Shown here: piece by piece, positions 8,537-17,706 of the stretch
Numbering within the stretch: position 1 is the first letter of the stretch
How the letters are laid out: every line of letters begins with the position of its first letter
Assembly: GCA_036127535.1 (NCBI GenBank)
Contig: JAYYRF010000434.1
Location: 1-36,277 of the forward strand
From: Myxococcota bacterium
Lineage (GTDB): Bacteria > Myxococcota_A > UBA796
Direction: 5' to 3'
DNA: 36,277 bases
Position numbers and translations under genes: made by a program
Notes under the pieces: model-generated
What the model saw: only the letters and a program-made list of their open reading frames with translations
What the model was told of the DNA's origin: nothing
The model's database searches: none

Positions 8537-8703
8537 CACTGCGAACCGCGGTATACAACCCTCTTAGATCCAATTTATTTTTTTTTCACCACCAAAAAAC
8601 ATTTAAAATTTATGTAATTTGAAGATTCTTTACCAAAAGATTCATCTTAATTCTAAAGATATAAATCGCGAGTGTGTTATACATCCTCCCAAAAAGGTGT
8701 ATT

Positions 8704-10146
8704 ATGTCATTGCGGAAAACCAAAATTGTAGCAACGATCGGCCCTAAGACCGAAAGTCTTGAAAGTCTCGTCTCTATCCTCGAAGCGGGTGTAGATATCT
8801 GTCGCGTCAATTGTTCGCACTGCACTCCCACAAAGATCCGAAGACTCATCTCCAATATTCGAAGAGCTGGCTCGATGCTGGGTCGATCCGTTGGGATCCT
8901 ACTCGATCTTCAAGGCCCCAAGATTCGAACCGGTACCATCGAGCCCCCTATCGACCTCAACAAAGACGATATACTGACCGTGGTGATGTCGAAGGAATAC
9001 GAAGCCGAAGGTTTTCGCGTCGGAACAACATGGCCGACAATGGCCGAGGATGTAGAAATTGGAGATCCGGTTCTCTTTGCCGATGGTGCGCTAAGCGGAA
9101 CCGTTGTAGGCATTCGCTACCCTGACCATCAACCAGCAGAAGTCGATATTAAAATGACCGTGGGGGGTGAACTCAAGTCACGAAAAGGAATCAATCTCCC
9201 CGACTCCGATATCAAAGCGCCCGCACTCACCCCAAAGGATGAGCAAGATCTCATCGTTGGTGTACAAGCTGGCGTCGATTACGTCGCTCTCTCCTTTGTC
9301 CGACATGCACAAGATATGCTTCTTCTTCGCAAACGCCTCAAAGATTTGGGTAAGGAAGACCTACCCACAATTGCTAAAATTGAAAAACCACAAGGTGTTG
9401 CCAATATCGTTGAAATTTTAGAGAATTCCTCTGGAATCATGGTCGCCAGGGGTGATTTGGGCGTAGAAATACCGATCGCACAAGTTCCTGTCGTACAGAA
9501 AAGCCTCATTCGTGAAGCCAACCGATATGGAAAACTGGTCATCACCGCAACTCAAATGTTGGAAAGCATGACGTATAACCCTTTCCCAACTCGCGCAGAG
9601 GTAACCGATGTCGCCAACGCAATCTTAGACGGTACCGATGCCGTTATGCTTTCTGGAGAGACTTCTGTCGGGGAATACCCTATCAAGACCATCGAAACCA
9701 TGTCGGCAATCGCGATTCAAACGGAAAACAGTAGCCATGATCACTACCTCGCGATAGAACAAATACTCCCGCTGCAAGGCAAATACAAAAGCGTAATTCG
9801 AGCGGCCTGTTATGCAGCACAAGAAGCCACCCGTCCCCTTGTCGTTTTTACTTGGTCGGGAAAAACGGCCATCTTAGCCGCCAAAACGAGACCGCCAAAA
9901 CCGATCTTTGCTATATCACCGAATCAAACCGTTGTGGACCAAATGCGTCTCGTTTGGGGTGTTCATGCCATCAAGGTTCCACAGATCGAATCCACCGAAG
10001 AATTGATCATCGAAACAGAGATCGCACTGATGGAACAGGGCTTACTCAAAAAGGGAGATGAAGTTGTGATATTAGGCGGTAACGCACCACTCCGAGGCGC
10101 CTCAAACCTCATGAAGATTGAGATCATTAATGGTAAATACAACTAA
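8704..10146 (+). CDS. pyk: Pyruvate kinase
   Basis: MSLRKTKIVATIGP, NCSH, LLDLQGPKIRTG, IAKIE, MVARGDLGVEIP, TQMLESM, MLSGETSVGEYP. The ATG at 8704 is preceded by AAGGTG. The GTG at 8674 lacks an SD. Confidence 0.93.
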   Translation: MSLRKTKIVATIGPKTESLESLVSILEAGVDICRVNCSHCTPTKIRRLISNIRRAGSMLGRSVGILLDLQGPKIRTGTIEPPIDLNKDDILTVVMSKEYEAEGFRVGTTWPTMAEDVEIGDPVLFADGALSGTVVGIRYPDHQPAEVDIKMTVGGELKSRKGINLPDSDIKAPALTPKDEQDLIVGVQAGVDYVALSFVRHAQDMLLLRKRLKDLGKEDLPTIAKIEKPQGVANIVEILENSSGIMVARGDLGVEIPIAQVPVVQKSLIREANRYGKLVITATQMLESMTYNPFPTRAEVTDVANAILDGTDAVMLSGETSVGEYPIKTIETMSAIAIQTENSSHDHYLAIEQILPLQGKYKSVIRAACYAAQEATRPLVVFTWSGKTAILAAKTRPPKPIFAISPNQTVVDQMRLVWGVHAIKVPQIESTEELIIETEIALMEQGLLKKGDEVVILGGNAPLRGASNLMKIEIINGKYN

Positions 10147-10858
10147 GGCCTTCTCGATTCAAAATCCGCTTGCAAATGGTAAGTTCATTCTTACTGCCGA
10201 ACATGCCAGCAATTACATTCCCATAGGACATCAGCCCTCAGAAACATCCATTTTGCGAAGCCACTGGGCATGGGATATCGGAATCGCTCCCCTGACGGAA
10301 CAGTTGTCGAAGCGCTGCCAAAGTACTGCCATCACCGCCTGCTTTAGTCGTCTCTTCTGCGACGCCAATCGTCATCCAAGACACGAAACTCTGATCAAGA
10401 AAGCAATCGAGGGAACTCCTCTTTCGTTCAATCAACACATCTCTTCAGAGGAGAGAAAGCGGCGAATCCAGGAATACCACGTACCTTATCACGAAGCAAT
10501 TTCGAAAAGTGTAGAGCGCAGAAAAGCCTGTTCTGCACCCTTCTTGCTTCTTTCCTTACACTCATTTACACCCGTTTGGAATCACCGCGTACGCAGTATG
10601 GATATCGGTGTTCTTTTTGATCAGCACGAAGATTTGGCTCAACAAATGTCTTCTCGATTGCAAGAGCATTTTTTTGTTCGCCTCAACGAACCATACTCTG
10701 GAAAAAATGGCCTCATCTATTCTGCGGATCGGCACGGGCGTACGCACGACATTCCATATTTAGAACTCGAAATCAATCAAACCCTCCTCTCTTCGGATGA
10801 AAGGATTGAACTTCTGGCACAAACTCTTGTACCGATCCTCCAAGATTTTTCTCTTTGA
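10130..10858 (+). CDS. N-formylglutamate amidohydrolase family (PF05013-like) protein
   Basis: Family-like blocks: ILTAEHASNYIP, FCDANR, SLHSFTP. The ATG at 10130 (alternatively the TTG at 10118) lies inside the last codons of pyk. Confidence 0.7.
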   Translation: MVNTTKAFSIQNPLANGKFILTAEHASNYIPIGHQPSETSILRSHWAWDIGIAPLTEQLSKRCQSTAITACFSRLFCDANRHPRHETLIKKAIEGTPLSFNQHISSEERKRRIQEYHVPYHEAISKSVERRKACSAPFLLLSLHSFTPVWNHRVRSMDIGVLFDQHEDLAQQMSSRLQEHFFVRLNEPYSGKNGLIYSADRHGRTHDIPYLELEINQTLLSSDERIELLAQTLVPILQDFSL

Positions 10859-10940
10859 AATGCAAATTTGAAGTCATACCTTTGTGCTTCTTTTCGATTC
10901 CTCACAAATCTTTGCTACATAATTGATTGTTGAGACTAGG

Positions 10941-11906
10941 ATGAGTTGGAAAATTTTAAAAGAGAAATCCGATCCCTTCTTTATATCCAGTAAAGAAGAA
11001 TTGATAAGAGAGGCCTATATCGGAACCATCTCTCCTGTGGATCTCGTCCTAGAGCCTCAAACCCAAGACTGGTGTTATGCCTATGAAATCGAGGGACTTC
11101 AATTCCAAGACCTGGATCATCGCCGCCATCCCAAGTCAGCAAGAAAGAAATACCACTTCGTTTTGCCGCTGCTGCTATTCTTGCTCAGTCTACCCATGCT
11201 CGGTGCTGCTTGGAACTATTACCAACGTACCCCCGCAAAAGAGGAACTCCATTTCTTTACAAATTTAGAGGAGAACCAAGGGATTATCAGTCGTCGTTCT
11301 GCACCGATTCGTGAAGATCCATCCGCTTCCCCGATGCCATCTACCCTCGCCCAAAATGAAACGGTACTGTTGGAGAAGAAATATAAAGATCAATATTTAA
11401 TTCGACACCCATCCTTACCCACAGCAATGTGGATCGATGAAGAGCACATCATTCCTCTCTATCTTTTCACCAACCCAAAACACAAGGAAGAATGGTCTTT
11501 GTTCTTCGATACGCATACGCGTATACAGGTGCACAATCTATCTTGGTCAAATCCACCGAAATACAAACCACTGACGGCATTTTATCTCCAGCTACAAAAT
11601 ACGTCTCCTCGGTTCGTGCATCACATCGAATTGGCTATCACACTTCAAAATCCCAGTACGCAAATGAAAAAAACAACAACCATTTCGATCATGGGTAACA
11701 TTGAACCGGCGAATTCCGTGTCGATTGGTACGCTTTGGGATCCCAAAACCCAAGAATTAGAGTACGTCACCGAGTCCCACTACAAAGAAATGAACGAGAG
11801 GAATCAGATCGGAGATCGGCAGTGGAGTCCTTCCATTAATCTCGATGTCCAGGCGGATTTTTCAGAAATTATCGTTCAAGCGGTCTTTGCCGAAATACAG
11901 AATTAG
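10941..11906 (+). CDS. Hypothetical single-pass membrane protein with a possible N-terminal GYF_2-like domain
   Basis: MSWKILKEKSDPFFISSKEELIREAYIGTISPVDLVLEPQTQDWCYAYEIEGL loosely fits the GYF_2 pattern. A TM helix is FVLPLLLFLLSLPMLGAAW. The C-terminal part has no motif I recognise. The start is ATG 10941 or TTG 10923. Confidence 0.6.
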   Translation: MSWKILKEKSDPFFISSKEELIREAYIGTISPVDLVLEPQTQDWCYAYEIEGLQFQDLDHRRHPKSARKKYHFVLPLLLFLLSLPMLGAAWNYYQRTPAKEELHFFTNLEENQGIISRRSAPIREDPSASPMPSTLAQNETVLLEKKYKDQYLIRHPSLPTAMWIDEEHIIPLYLFTNPKHKEEWSLFFDTHTRIQVHNLSWSNPPKYKPLTAFYLQLQNTSPRFVHHIELAITLQNPSTQMKKTTTISIMGNIEPANSVSIGTLWDPKTQELEYVTESHYKEMNERNQIGDRQWSPSINLDVQADFSEIIVQAVFAEIQN

Positions 11907-11908
11907 CT

Positions 11909-14641
11909 CTAAAACGATGCTTCAAACCAAAGCCCGGTGTTCATACTCTCGTATGGATACCCCCAACCATCCGGATACTGATCGCAGTAATACTCCGGAG
12001 GCCCACACCATCCCGCAGCCAGTCCCAAGTCAATGCTGTCAATACTGAGATTCATGTCGGAGATATTCCAACTCAAAACCACGAGATTTGTCCCCTCAAA
12101 TTCAACATCCAAAGTCCCGAGTTGCGTAAACCCTTCGCCTCCTCTGTAACCTTGCATCGTACCGACACCGGACTGGAGTACCCAACGGTAGAAACTGTAC
12201 TCCGCTCCGACCGAGGAACCCCAAATCTCTAAAAATGCGATTCCGGCATTGATCGGCTCCACAGACTCGACCCGTAACTCGAAGCGATCGCCAACGACTC
12301 GATAGTCCACCGCGTAAATATCGAGAGAACTCGGATCTAGAATATCTCCAACCCCGTCTGGAATCGGGGAAAGGGAAAACCAGGGTGGTTCTCCCAAAAC
12401 AAGCTCAACCTGATCTGTGTACGTCGCTTCAGAATCGGTCATTGACAAGACCAATTCCACACTGTCTCCCAGCGAGCCACCGTCAACCGTAATTGAAAAG
12501 TCGTCATCGCTCTTGACGCTCCCCGCGTTCACAAACCCAAAGGAAGGAGAATCATTCACAACCGATGCGGATACAGTAGAGTTCGATCCCACTGAAAGCT
12601 CGGCCGATACAGGGCCAAAAGCGTTTAAACCTCCAACATTGCTGATCGTTATCTCCAATTCAGAGGTTTCATCCGGTGAAAGCAGACCATCATCGTCTTC
12701 GACCGTCACGCCAATAATTTGCATGACCGGATAGGGAATCTCGATGGAAAAAGGAAGAGTCCAACTCTCTACGTCGTCTCGCAACACCGCTTCGAACTGA
12801 AGAGGTAAAGAAGAGGTATGCGACGCATCTATTCGAATGGATGGCCCGTATAAGGTTTTGTACTCATAGTAATTCCATGTGTCGCTATCCAAAACAATGC
12901 CTTCTGCATTGGATACGATCGCGCCCGCTGAAAGCGAATAGATATCCGCGACAACCGGTCCTTCTGAAGCGTTTCCCTGATTCAGAAAGGACAACTGAAT
13001 CGCCACATCTTCTCCGGGAGACGCAGCACTGGGGGAAACAGAATACAAGGATGGGGCTGGTGGAGGAGGAATGAAGTACGACGATTCGAATCCGGGAAAG
13101 AGAATCTCAAAGCCAGAAGAAATGGGTGTGGAATACACCTCATTTCCATAGCGAATGGAGAAATCGTATAGCTCTACTTGCTGATCGCTGGAAATATCGA
13201 CAAACCATCTGTTGTCGCCTGCCGCAGGAGGTAAATATGCGTACAAATCCGTAATATCGAATTCTATTTGCTGCATTTCTCCTTCGACTACGCCCAAGAA
13301 CATCGCCCCCGTCCAAGATGGATTTTCGGGATCTCCGACCCCCAATTGGGCCTCGACAAAGGATGGTATAGCAGAGCTCAAGGTCAGAACGGCGGTCGAG
13401 GGATATCCGATTAATAAAGAATCTTCTCTCTGCCACGTCTCTACGCCATCGGTCACAGAGAGCTCTATCGGCAAGTAGCGATTGGGGGCCAAATCGTCAT
13501 CCAAGAGAATCTCGATGTCCATCTCCATCGCGCCCATCGCGTCCAAAGGACCCAACGCTTGGGCTCCCGACCCCATACTGGCTCCTCCATCCGGAAATGC
13601 AATCTCTAAAAACAGATTGTTCGCGGGCGCGTTGGTTTTGTTTTCAATCGTTACCGAGAGCGGATACGGTGTTCCGGGTACCGCTGGATCGACCAATGCT
13701 TCTACCCCTATTTCTATGTCGGGTGCAATGGTGCGGACGCTAACGTCATCGATGAACCATTCATCCGCCAAACTTCCTTGCCAACGCCAACCCAAATAGA
13801 CCAACGGCTCCCCCGCCCACTGCGAGACATCGACATATCGATATCGTCTCCATTCGGAATCCGTCGGTAGCTCCAACGTCGTCACCTCTACATAGTCCCC
13901 GGACTCGGGTAGCCTTTCTCCGGTAGAGATATACAAACCGTGGGAGGATTCCTCGGTTGGACCTCGCACACTCTCCCACCATCCAACCATCACACCATCT
14001 TGCCCAGAAAAGTCCAATGGTGGTGAAATCAACCAATCGCTCAGCGGATCTATGCCGGGACTTCCAGGGGAGTGATAGGCAGAATTATCTCCGGACTGAG
14101 AGGAACCGGAGGAGAGGAAAAAAGCAAAGCTGGATCGACCATCGGTAGGGGTCCACCAGTCCTGGGTGAGCAGATCCGTCCCATTCTCAAAGTCTTCGTG
14201 GAAGGGCAGAGGGTTCGAGCGAGGAAGGATCGATACATGAAGTGGCTCCTCGGGCCCGCGCTCTGGATACAAGCTATAAGCGGGAGTGCTCGCATCATCT
14301 GTCGCCTTGACGTAGAACTCAATACCAGGAGAAAGAATCTCGGGAAGATCCGTCGTAAGCGTTCGTGCAGTATCGGTCGTGCTCTGCTCAAGAGCAGAGA
14401 CCTCTTCCCAGTATAGGGTGCCCTCTTTACGATAGTACACCGAGACAGAAGACAGGCCGTCCTCATCCGCGAGCGATATAGAAAGAGAGAAGGGATCACC
14501 CTCTACAATACGCCCTTGTGCAAATGTCACCGATATTTCAGGTCCCTCATTGAAGGGTACACCCTCTTCAACCTCTTCTGTTTTTGAAGTACATGCAAAA
14601 AAAATAGATAAAAAAAGCATCAATAGTATCTCTCTAAACAC
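11909..14641 (-). CDS. Large lipoprotein with a choice-of-anchor-J-like domain followed by CARDB-like Ig repeats (operon gene 5)
   Basis: The signal peptide plus lipobox is MFREILLMLFLSIFFAC. PFHEDFENG...DWLISPPLDF...LYISTG...DEWFIDDVSV (nt 13733-14209) matches the choice-of-anchor-J/MAM-like pattern. Three CARDB-like stretches follow (PLSVTIENKTNAPANN, DVAIQLSFLNQGNASEG, ELEITISNVGGLNAFG). The start is GTG 14641 (better signal peptide) or ATG 14620 (1-nt overlap with the upstream stop). Confidence 0.8.
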   Translation of the reverse strand: MFREILLMLFLSIFFACTSKTEEVEEGVPFNEGPEISVTFAQGRIVEGDPFSLSISLADEDGLSSVSVYYRKEGTLYWEEVSALEQSTTDTARTLTTDLPEILSPGIEFYVKATDDASTPAYSLYPERGPEEPLHVSILPRSNPLPFHEDFENGTDLLTQDWWTPTDGRSSFAFFLSSGSSQSGDNSAYHSPGSPGIDPLSDWLISPPLDFSGQDGVMVGWWESVRGPTEESSHGLYISTGERLPESGDYVEVTTLELPTDSEWRRYRYVDVSQWAGEPLVYLGWRWQGSLADEWFIDDVSVRTIAPDIEIGVEALVDPAVPGTPYPLSVTIENKTNAPANNLFLEIAFPDGGASMGSGAQALGPLDAMGAMEMDIEILLDDDLAPNRYLPIELSVTDGVETWQREDSLLIGYPSTAVLTLSSAIPSFVEAQLGVGDPENPSWTGAMFLGVVEGEMQQIEFDITDLYAYLPPAAGDNRWFVDISSDQQVELYDFSIRYGNEVYSTPISSGFEILFPGFESSYFIPPPPAPSLYSVSPSAASPGEDVAIQLSFLNQGNASEGPVVADIYSLSAGAIVSNAEGIVLDSDTWNYYEYKTLYGPSIRIDASHTSSLPLQFEAVLRDDVESWTLPFSIEIPYPVMQIIGVTVEDDDGLLSPDETSELEITISNVGGLNAFGPVSAELSVGSNSTVSASVVNDSPSFGFVNAGSVKSDDDFSITVDGGSLGDSVELVLSMTDSEATYTDQVELVLGEPPWFSLSPIPDGVGDILDPSSLDIYAVDYRVVGDRFELRVESVEPINAGIAFLEIWGSSVGAEYSFYRWVLQSGVGTMQGYRGGEGFTQLGTLDVEFEGTNLVVLSWNISDMNLSIDSIDLGLAAGWCGPPEYYCDQYPDGWGYPYESMNTGLWFEASF

Positions 14642-15231
14642 TCTGGAGCAAGGTCTTCGAACGGCTCCGGATTTCCTGGCAGCGATGGGCGCTGATCATC
14701 TAAGTATAGCCAGCAATAGGTAATACACTGCTTAGTGCTGAGGCCATTTTCATCGCTCAAGTCGTAACATTCAAAACCACTGGGACAATCGGATTTGGTT
14801 TCACAGGTCACACCGCAAAACTCTCTTTGCAAACCAAAATTGATGCAAACATTCCCGTTTCCGCCACAGTCGGAATCCGATTCACACTCTCGGCAAAAGT
14901 ATCCCCCCGCCGGCGTACACTCTCCGGTGATGGAGTTGCAGTACTCTTGAAAGGCACAATCCACATGGGAATCTGTACACCCTTCTGGTTCACATGTAGC
15001 CGTCTCGATATTACAGACATCTCCGGGATAGCAATCCTTGTCGGATGCACACCCGTCTTCACAAGACCCTCTGTTACAAAACTGCTCCATATCGCATTGC
15101 GAGCTGTTGGCACAGTTATTGGTTACGCATACACCTTGGACGCAATACGCACCAAAACCACACTCTACTTCTTCAGAGCATTCGGTCTCTGCTGTTCCAC
15201 AAGCCAAAAACAAACTAAAAACAAAGGACAT
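14620..15231 (-). CDS. Cysteine-rich lipoprotein (28 Cys in 203 aa; operon gene 4)
   Basis: MSFVFSLFLAC lipobox. C-x(3-8)-C spacing recurs, with D-x-D-C and G-x-C elements. A GGAG SD sits in the end of the upstream gene, and the gap to that gene is 3 nt. Confidence 0.8.
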   Translation of the reverse strand: MSFVFSLFLACGTAETECSEEVECGFGAYCVQGVCVTNNCANSSQCDMEQFCNRGSCEDGCASDKDCYPGDVCNIETATCEPEGCTDSHVDCAFQEYCNSITGECTPAGGYFCRECESDSDCGGNGNVCINFGLQREFCGVTCETKSDCPSGFECYDLSDENGLSTKQCITYCWLYLDDQRPSLPGNPEPFEDLAPECLERYY

Positions 15232-15234
15232 GGC

Positions 15235-16827
15235 CTACTCCGCACTCTCGCTCGAGCTTTCGCTCGCGCCCTGGTTCACAATCGTACCTTCTGCCAGAAC
15301 CCGATACTCTGCGACAATATAGGTCTCAGAAGCGGGTAGGGTATCTATATAAAATTCGATGGTATTTTTCTCCGCGTTGTATGTGTAATCGCCAGTGTGG
15401 TCACCGTTATCTTGAACCAGCTCTTCAATGTCCTCTGCTAATTCACTTGGCTCAGAGTAAGACTTTACGATGAGGGAAGTGGGATCTGCCGGTGAAGAAA
15501 GCTCAAAATCCAATTGTAGACCACTGGCTGTCAAGCCCAACTCTTGCGCGATGCTCGAAAAATCATCACAGATGCTTTCCAAAGCCCCTTCGGTTTGATA
15601 GGCCAATTCAATGTATCGAGGCCCATAGTAACCCAACCCGTTCGAAGAGGAACAGGATTCGGCGCCATCGTACGGTGGCCTATCCTTCCCCACGACCGCG
15701 CTGATGTGCATGCGACTGTGATTTCGATACGCGTCGTCTCCTTTGAGATCGGTAAAGAACCGAAGGTAATCATGGGTACTCATGGGAGAGAGATCGTCTT
15801 CGTCGGAAACGAATATCAGTGAAAGATTGGCCTCTTCTCGAAGGAATCCATTGTTTTCTTGTGAAATTAACGGCTCAGAGAGCGCGTGCTGTGCAGCCGA
15901 CAATCCCATCTCAATGCCGGATCCCGAGATTCCAACCATGACCATCTCTTCAAAGATCTCCTCCGCATCTTCCATAGAAGAATTCAAAATCCGCACATTA
16001 TTGTTTAGGGTGAGTCCATCTTCGAATACAACATCGGCCGAAATCCCACCATTGTCGGTTTCCGATCGGCCAACCACGATGGTCGCAAAGGGATCTACCA
16101 ATGTTCCTTCTGGAAAGACCGCATAGTTCTTGCCGTTGTCCCGTAAGGCAAATCCGGAAAGATCGAGCGTGTACCCACTCAGATTCTTCATTTCGAGCCA
16201 CTCGCCAGTGCGATCAGATACTTGAGACGGATCGAGCATGATCTCGGTGAAAATAATGTCTCCGACCCGTGGCTCAATTGGATCCGCATCCTCGACCACT
16301 TCCTCTTCCGGCTCGACTGAAGAACCGTCACAAGAATGGTTTAACTGCCCGGGCGAGCCGAGATCTCCGTCTCCAAACGTCTCGGTTGCCAAGCACCAAT
16401 TCCCTTTTATGGTATTCGACGTGGCGGAGTATGCGTCAGCAGAGAGTTGCATTGCCACTCCTTCTTCGTATGACCAAGAATGATCCCATTGTACTTCGTT
16501 GATGCGTCGTCCATCTGCCGACTCCAACGTAACCTCGTCGTCTCCTCCGAGCAGAAGTCCGGGCTGCTCTGCATAATAGGTATCCGTTGTCGTTACACCG
16601 ATTTGCCAGTCCACGTCGGCCCCAGCAAAGGCCGAGATGAACGATTCAAAATTGGTTGCTAAAGACTCTTGTTCCTCGTACATCGAACAGGAATCATCCA
16701 AAACAAGCAAGATGTCCACGGTATTTCTACGCACCTGCTGAAACACATCCTTTTGAATTTTGCTCGTGTAGGTGTATTCCGAACAAGCGGTTCCGAAGAA
16801 GGTGACAATTATAGGTATACGCTTCAT
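15235..16827 (-). CDS. Lipoprotein with a von Willebrand factor A domain interrupted by a lamin-tail-domain (LTD)-like insert (operon gene 3)
   Basis: The ATG at 16827 is preceded by GGAGACTAGT. The lipobox is IIVTFFGTAC. The MIDAS motif is VLDDSCS (nt 16684-16698), and the later vWA elements are GISGSGIEMGLSAAQHAL and LSLIFVSDEDD. Between them lie LTD signatures: IIFTEIMLDP...GEWLEMKNLSGYTLDLSGFALRD and VTLESADGRRINEVQW...GSPGQLN. Confidence 0.85.
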   Translation of the reverse strand: MKRIPIIVTFFGTACSEYTYTSKIQKDVFQQVRRNTVDILLVLDDSCSMYEEQESLATNFESFISAFAGADVDWQIGVTTTDTYYAEQPGLLLGGDDEVTLESADGRRINEVQWDHSWSYEEGVAMQLSADAYSATSNTIKGNWCLATETFGDGDLGSPGQLNHSCDGSSVEPEEEVVEDADPIEPRVGDIIFTEIMLDPSQVSDRTGEWLEMKNLSGYTLDLSGFALRDNGKNYAVFPEGTLVDPFATIVVGRSETDNGGISADVVFEDGLTLNNNVRILNSSMEDAEEIFEEMVMVGISGSGIEMGLSAAQHALSEPLISQENNGFLREEANLSLIFVSDEDDLSPMSTHDYLRFFTDLKGDDAYRNHSRMHISAVVGKDRPPYDGAESCSSSNGLGYYGPRYIELAYQTEGALESICDDFSSIAQELGLTASGLQLDFELSSPADPTSLIVKSYSEPSELAEDIEELVQDNGDHTGDYTYNAEKNTIEFYIDTLPASETYIVAEYRVLAEGTIVNQGASESSSESAE

Positions 16828-16828
16828 A

Positions 16829-17704
16829 CTAGTCTCCATAAATATTGGCATTTGGGCCTGGGTTGAGGCCTTCTACTGCATGCAGCATGAGTTGATTTGC
16901 CTGGGTCGTATTTTGACTGCGCCAATGAAAAGAAGAAAATACAACGCGGCCACGCTCCGCTGTGAAACCTACCAAAAGAGGAACGTCTTCCAATACACCG
17001 TACCCCTCTCCGTCGGAGATTCTATACTCTATATCTCCGCGCAAGTAGACGTCTACGTCATCCGAGACGGATTGCATCGCCGTCCAATAGGAGAAATCAA
17101 AGCCCAGGGTAATATTGTCCGCCTGTAATTCTTGCTCTAATTCCTCGTCTACAATACTCGCATCGACGCTCTCCGACGTACCAACCTGTGCGCTGTCCCA
17201 GCACGGTGGAGAACTACACTCATTTTCATTGACAAAGTTAATCTTGTCCGGCCAAGCAGCCTCCACAAGATCTCCCGCCCAATCGGACAACACCAAGGTT
17301 CGACCGTTATTCACGAACTCTTGGACGTTCTGTACGACGATTTCGTTCGACACCAATGTGTTGTCGTCCGCTACACCGTTATACACATATTCGCCCAATC
17401 CCCTCACCCCTGAATTGATGAAAATAGCATCAAAATCCAACATAATGCTTCGATCGCTCTCCGAACGATCCGTGAGAAGTCCTTCAACCTTCAATACGTT
17501 GACCGTCGGATCGATTTCCGGATCGTAGACGGCATTCGAGATGAATCCTTCGTATTCGATGGCACCGATATCCAAGCGCACCAACACATCGTTTATGTTG
17601 TCAAAATCACCGTTGACGACCGCGATGTCATCGAAGGAGAAGGCTTTGAACTCTTGATCGTTTGAACATGCCCACAAACTAGCCGCTGTAAGATATAATC
17701 GCAC
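16829..17704 (-). CDS. Hypothetical lipoprotein (operon gene 2), possibly with a GATase1/ThuA-like fold
   Basis: The GTG start lies 2 nt after the upstream stop. The lipobox is AASLWAC. FDAIFINSG...FVNNGRTLVLSDWAGDLV...VVFSSFHW resembles class-I amidotransferase-like scaffolds. The fold call is weak. Confidence 0.7.
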   Translation of the reverse strand: MRLYLTAASLWACSNDQEFKAFSFDDIAVVNGDFDNINDVLVRLDIGAIEYEGFISNAVYDPEIDPTVNVLKVEGLLTDRSESDRSIMLDFDAIFINSGVRGLGEYVYNGVADDNTLVSNEIVVQNVQEFVNNGRTLVLSDWAGDLVEAAWPDKINFVNENECSSPPCWDSAQVGTSESVDASIVDEELEQELQADNITLGFDFSYWTAMQSVSDDVDVYLRGDIEYRISDGEGYGVLEDVPLLVGFTAERGRVVFSSFHWRSQNTTQANQLMLHAVEGLNPGPNANIYGD

Positions 17705-17706
17705 GA

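Noticed and set aside
8406-8573. A longer 137-aa version of the HTH ORF.
   Set aside because: The extension would be translated through the consensus promoter and palindromes, and it has no SD. The ATG at 8405 has a GGAG SD at correct spacing.
10130-10858. Calling this gene hutG (histidine utilisation).
   Set aside because: Only family-level motifs are visible and no hut context is present. The gene symbol is withheld.
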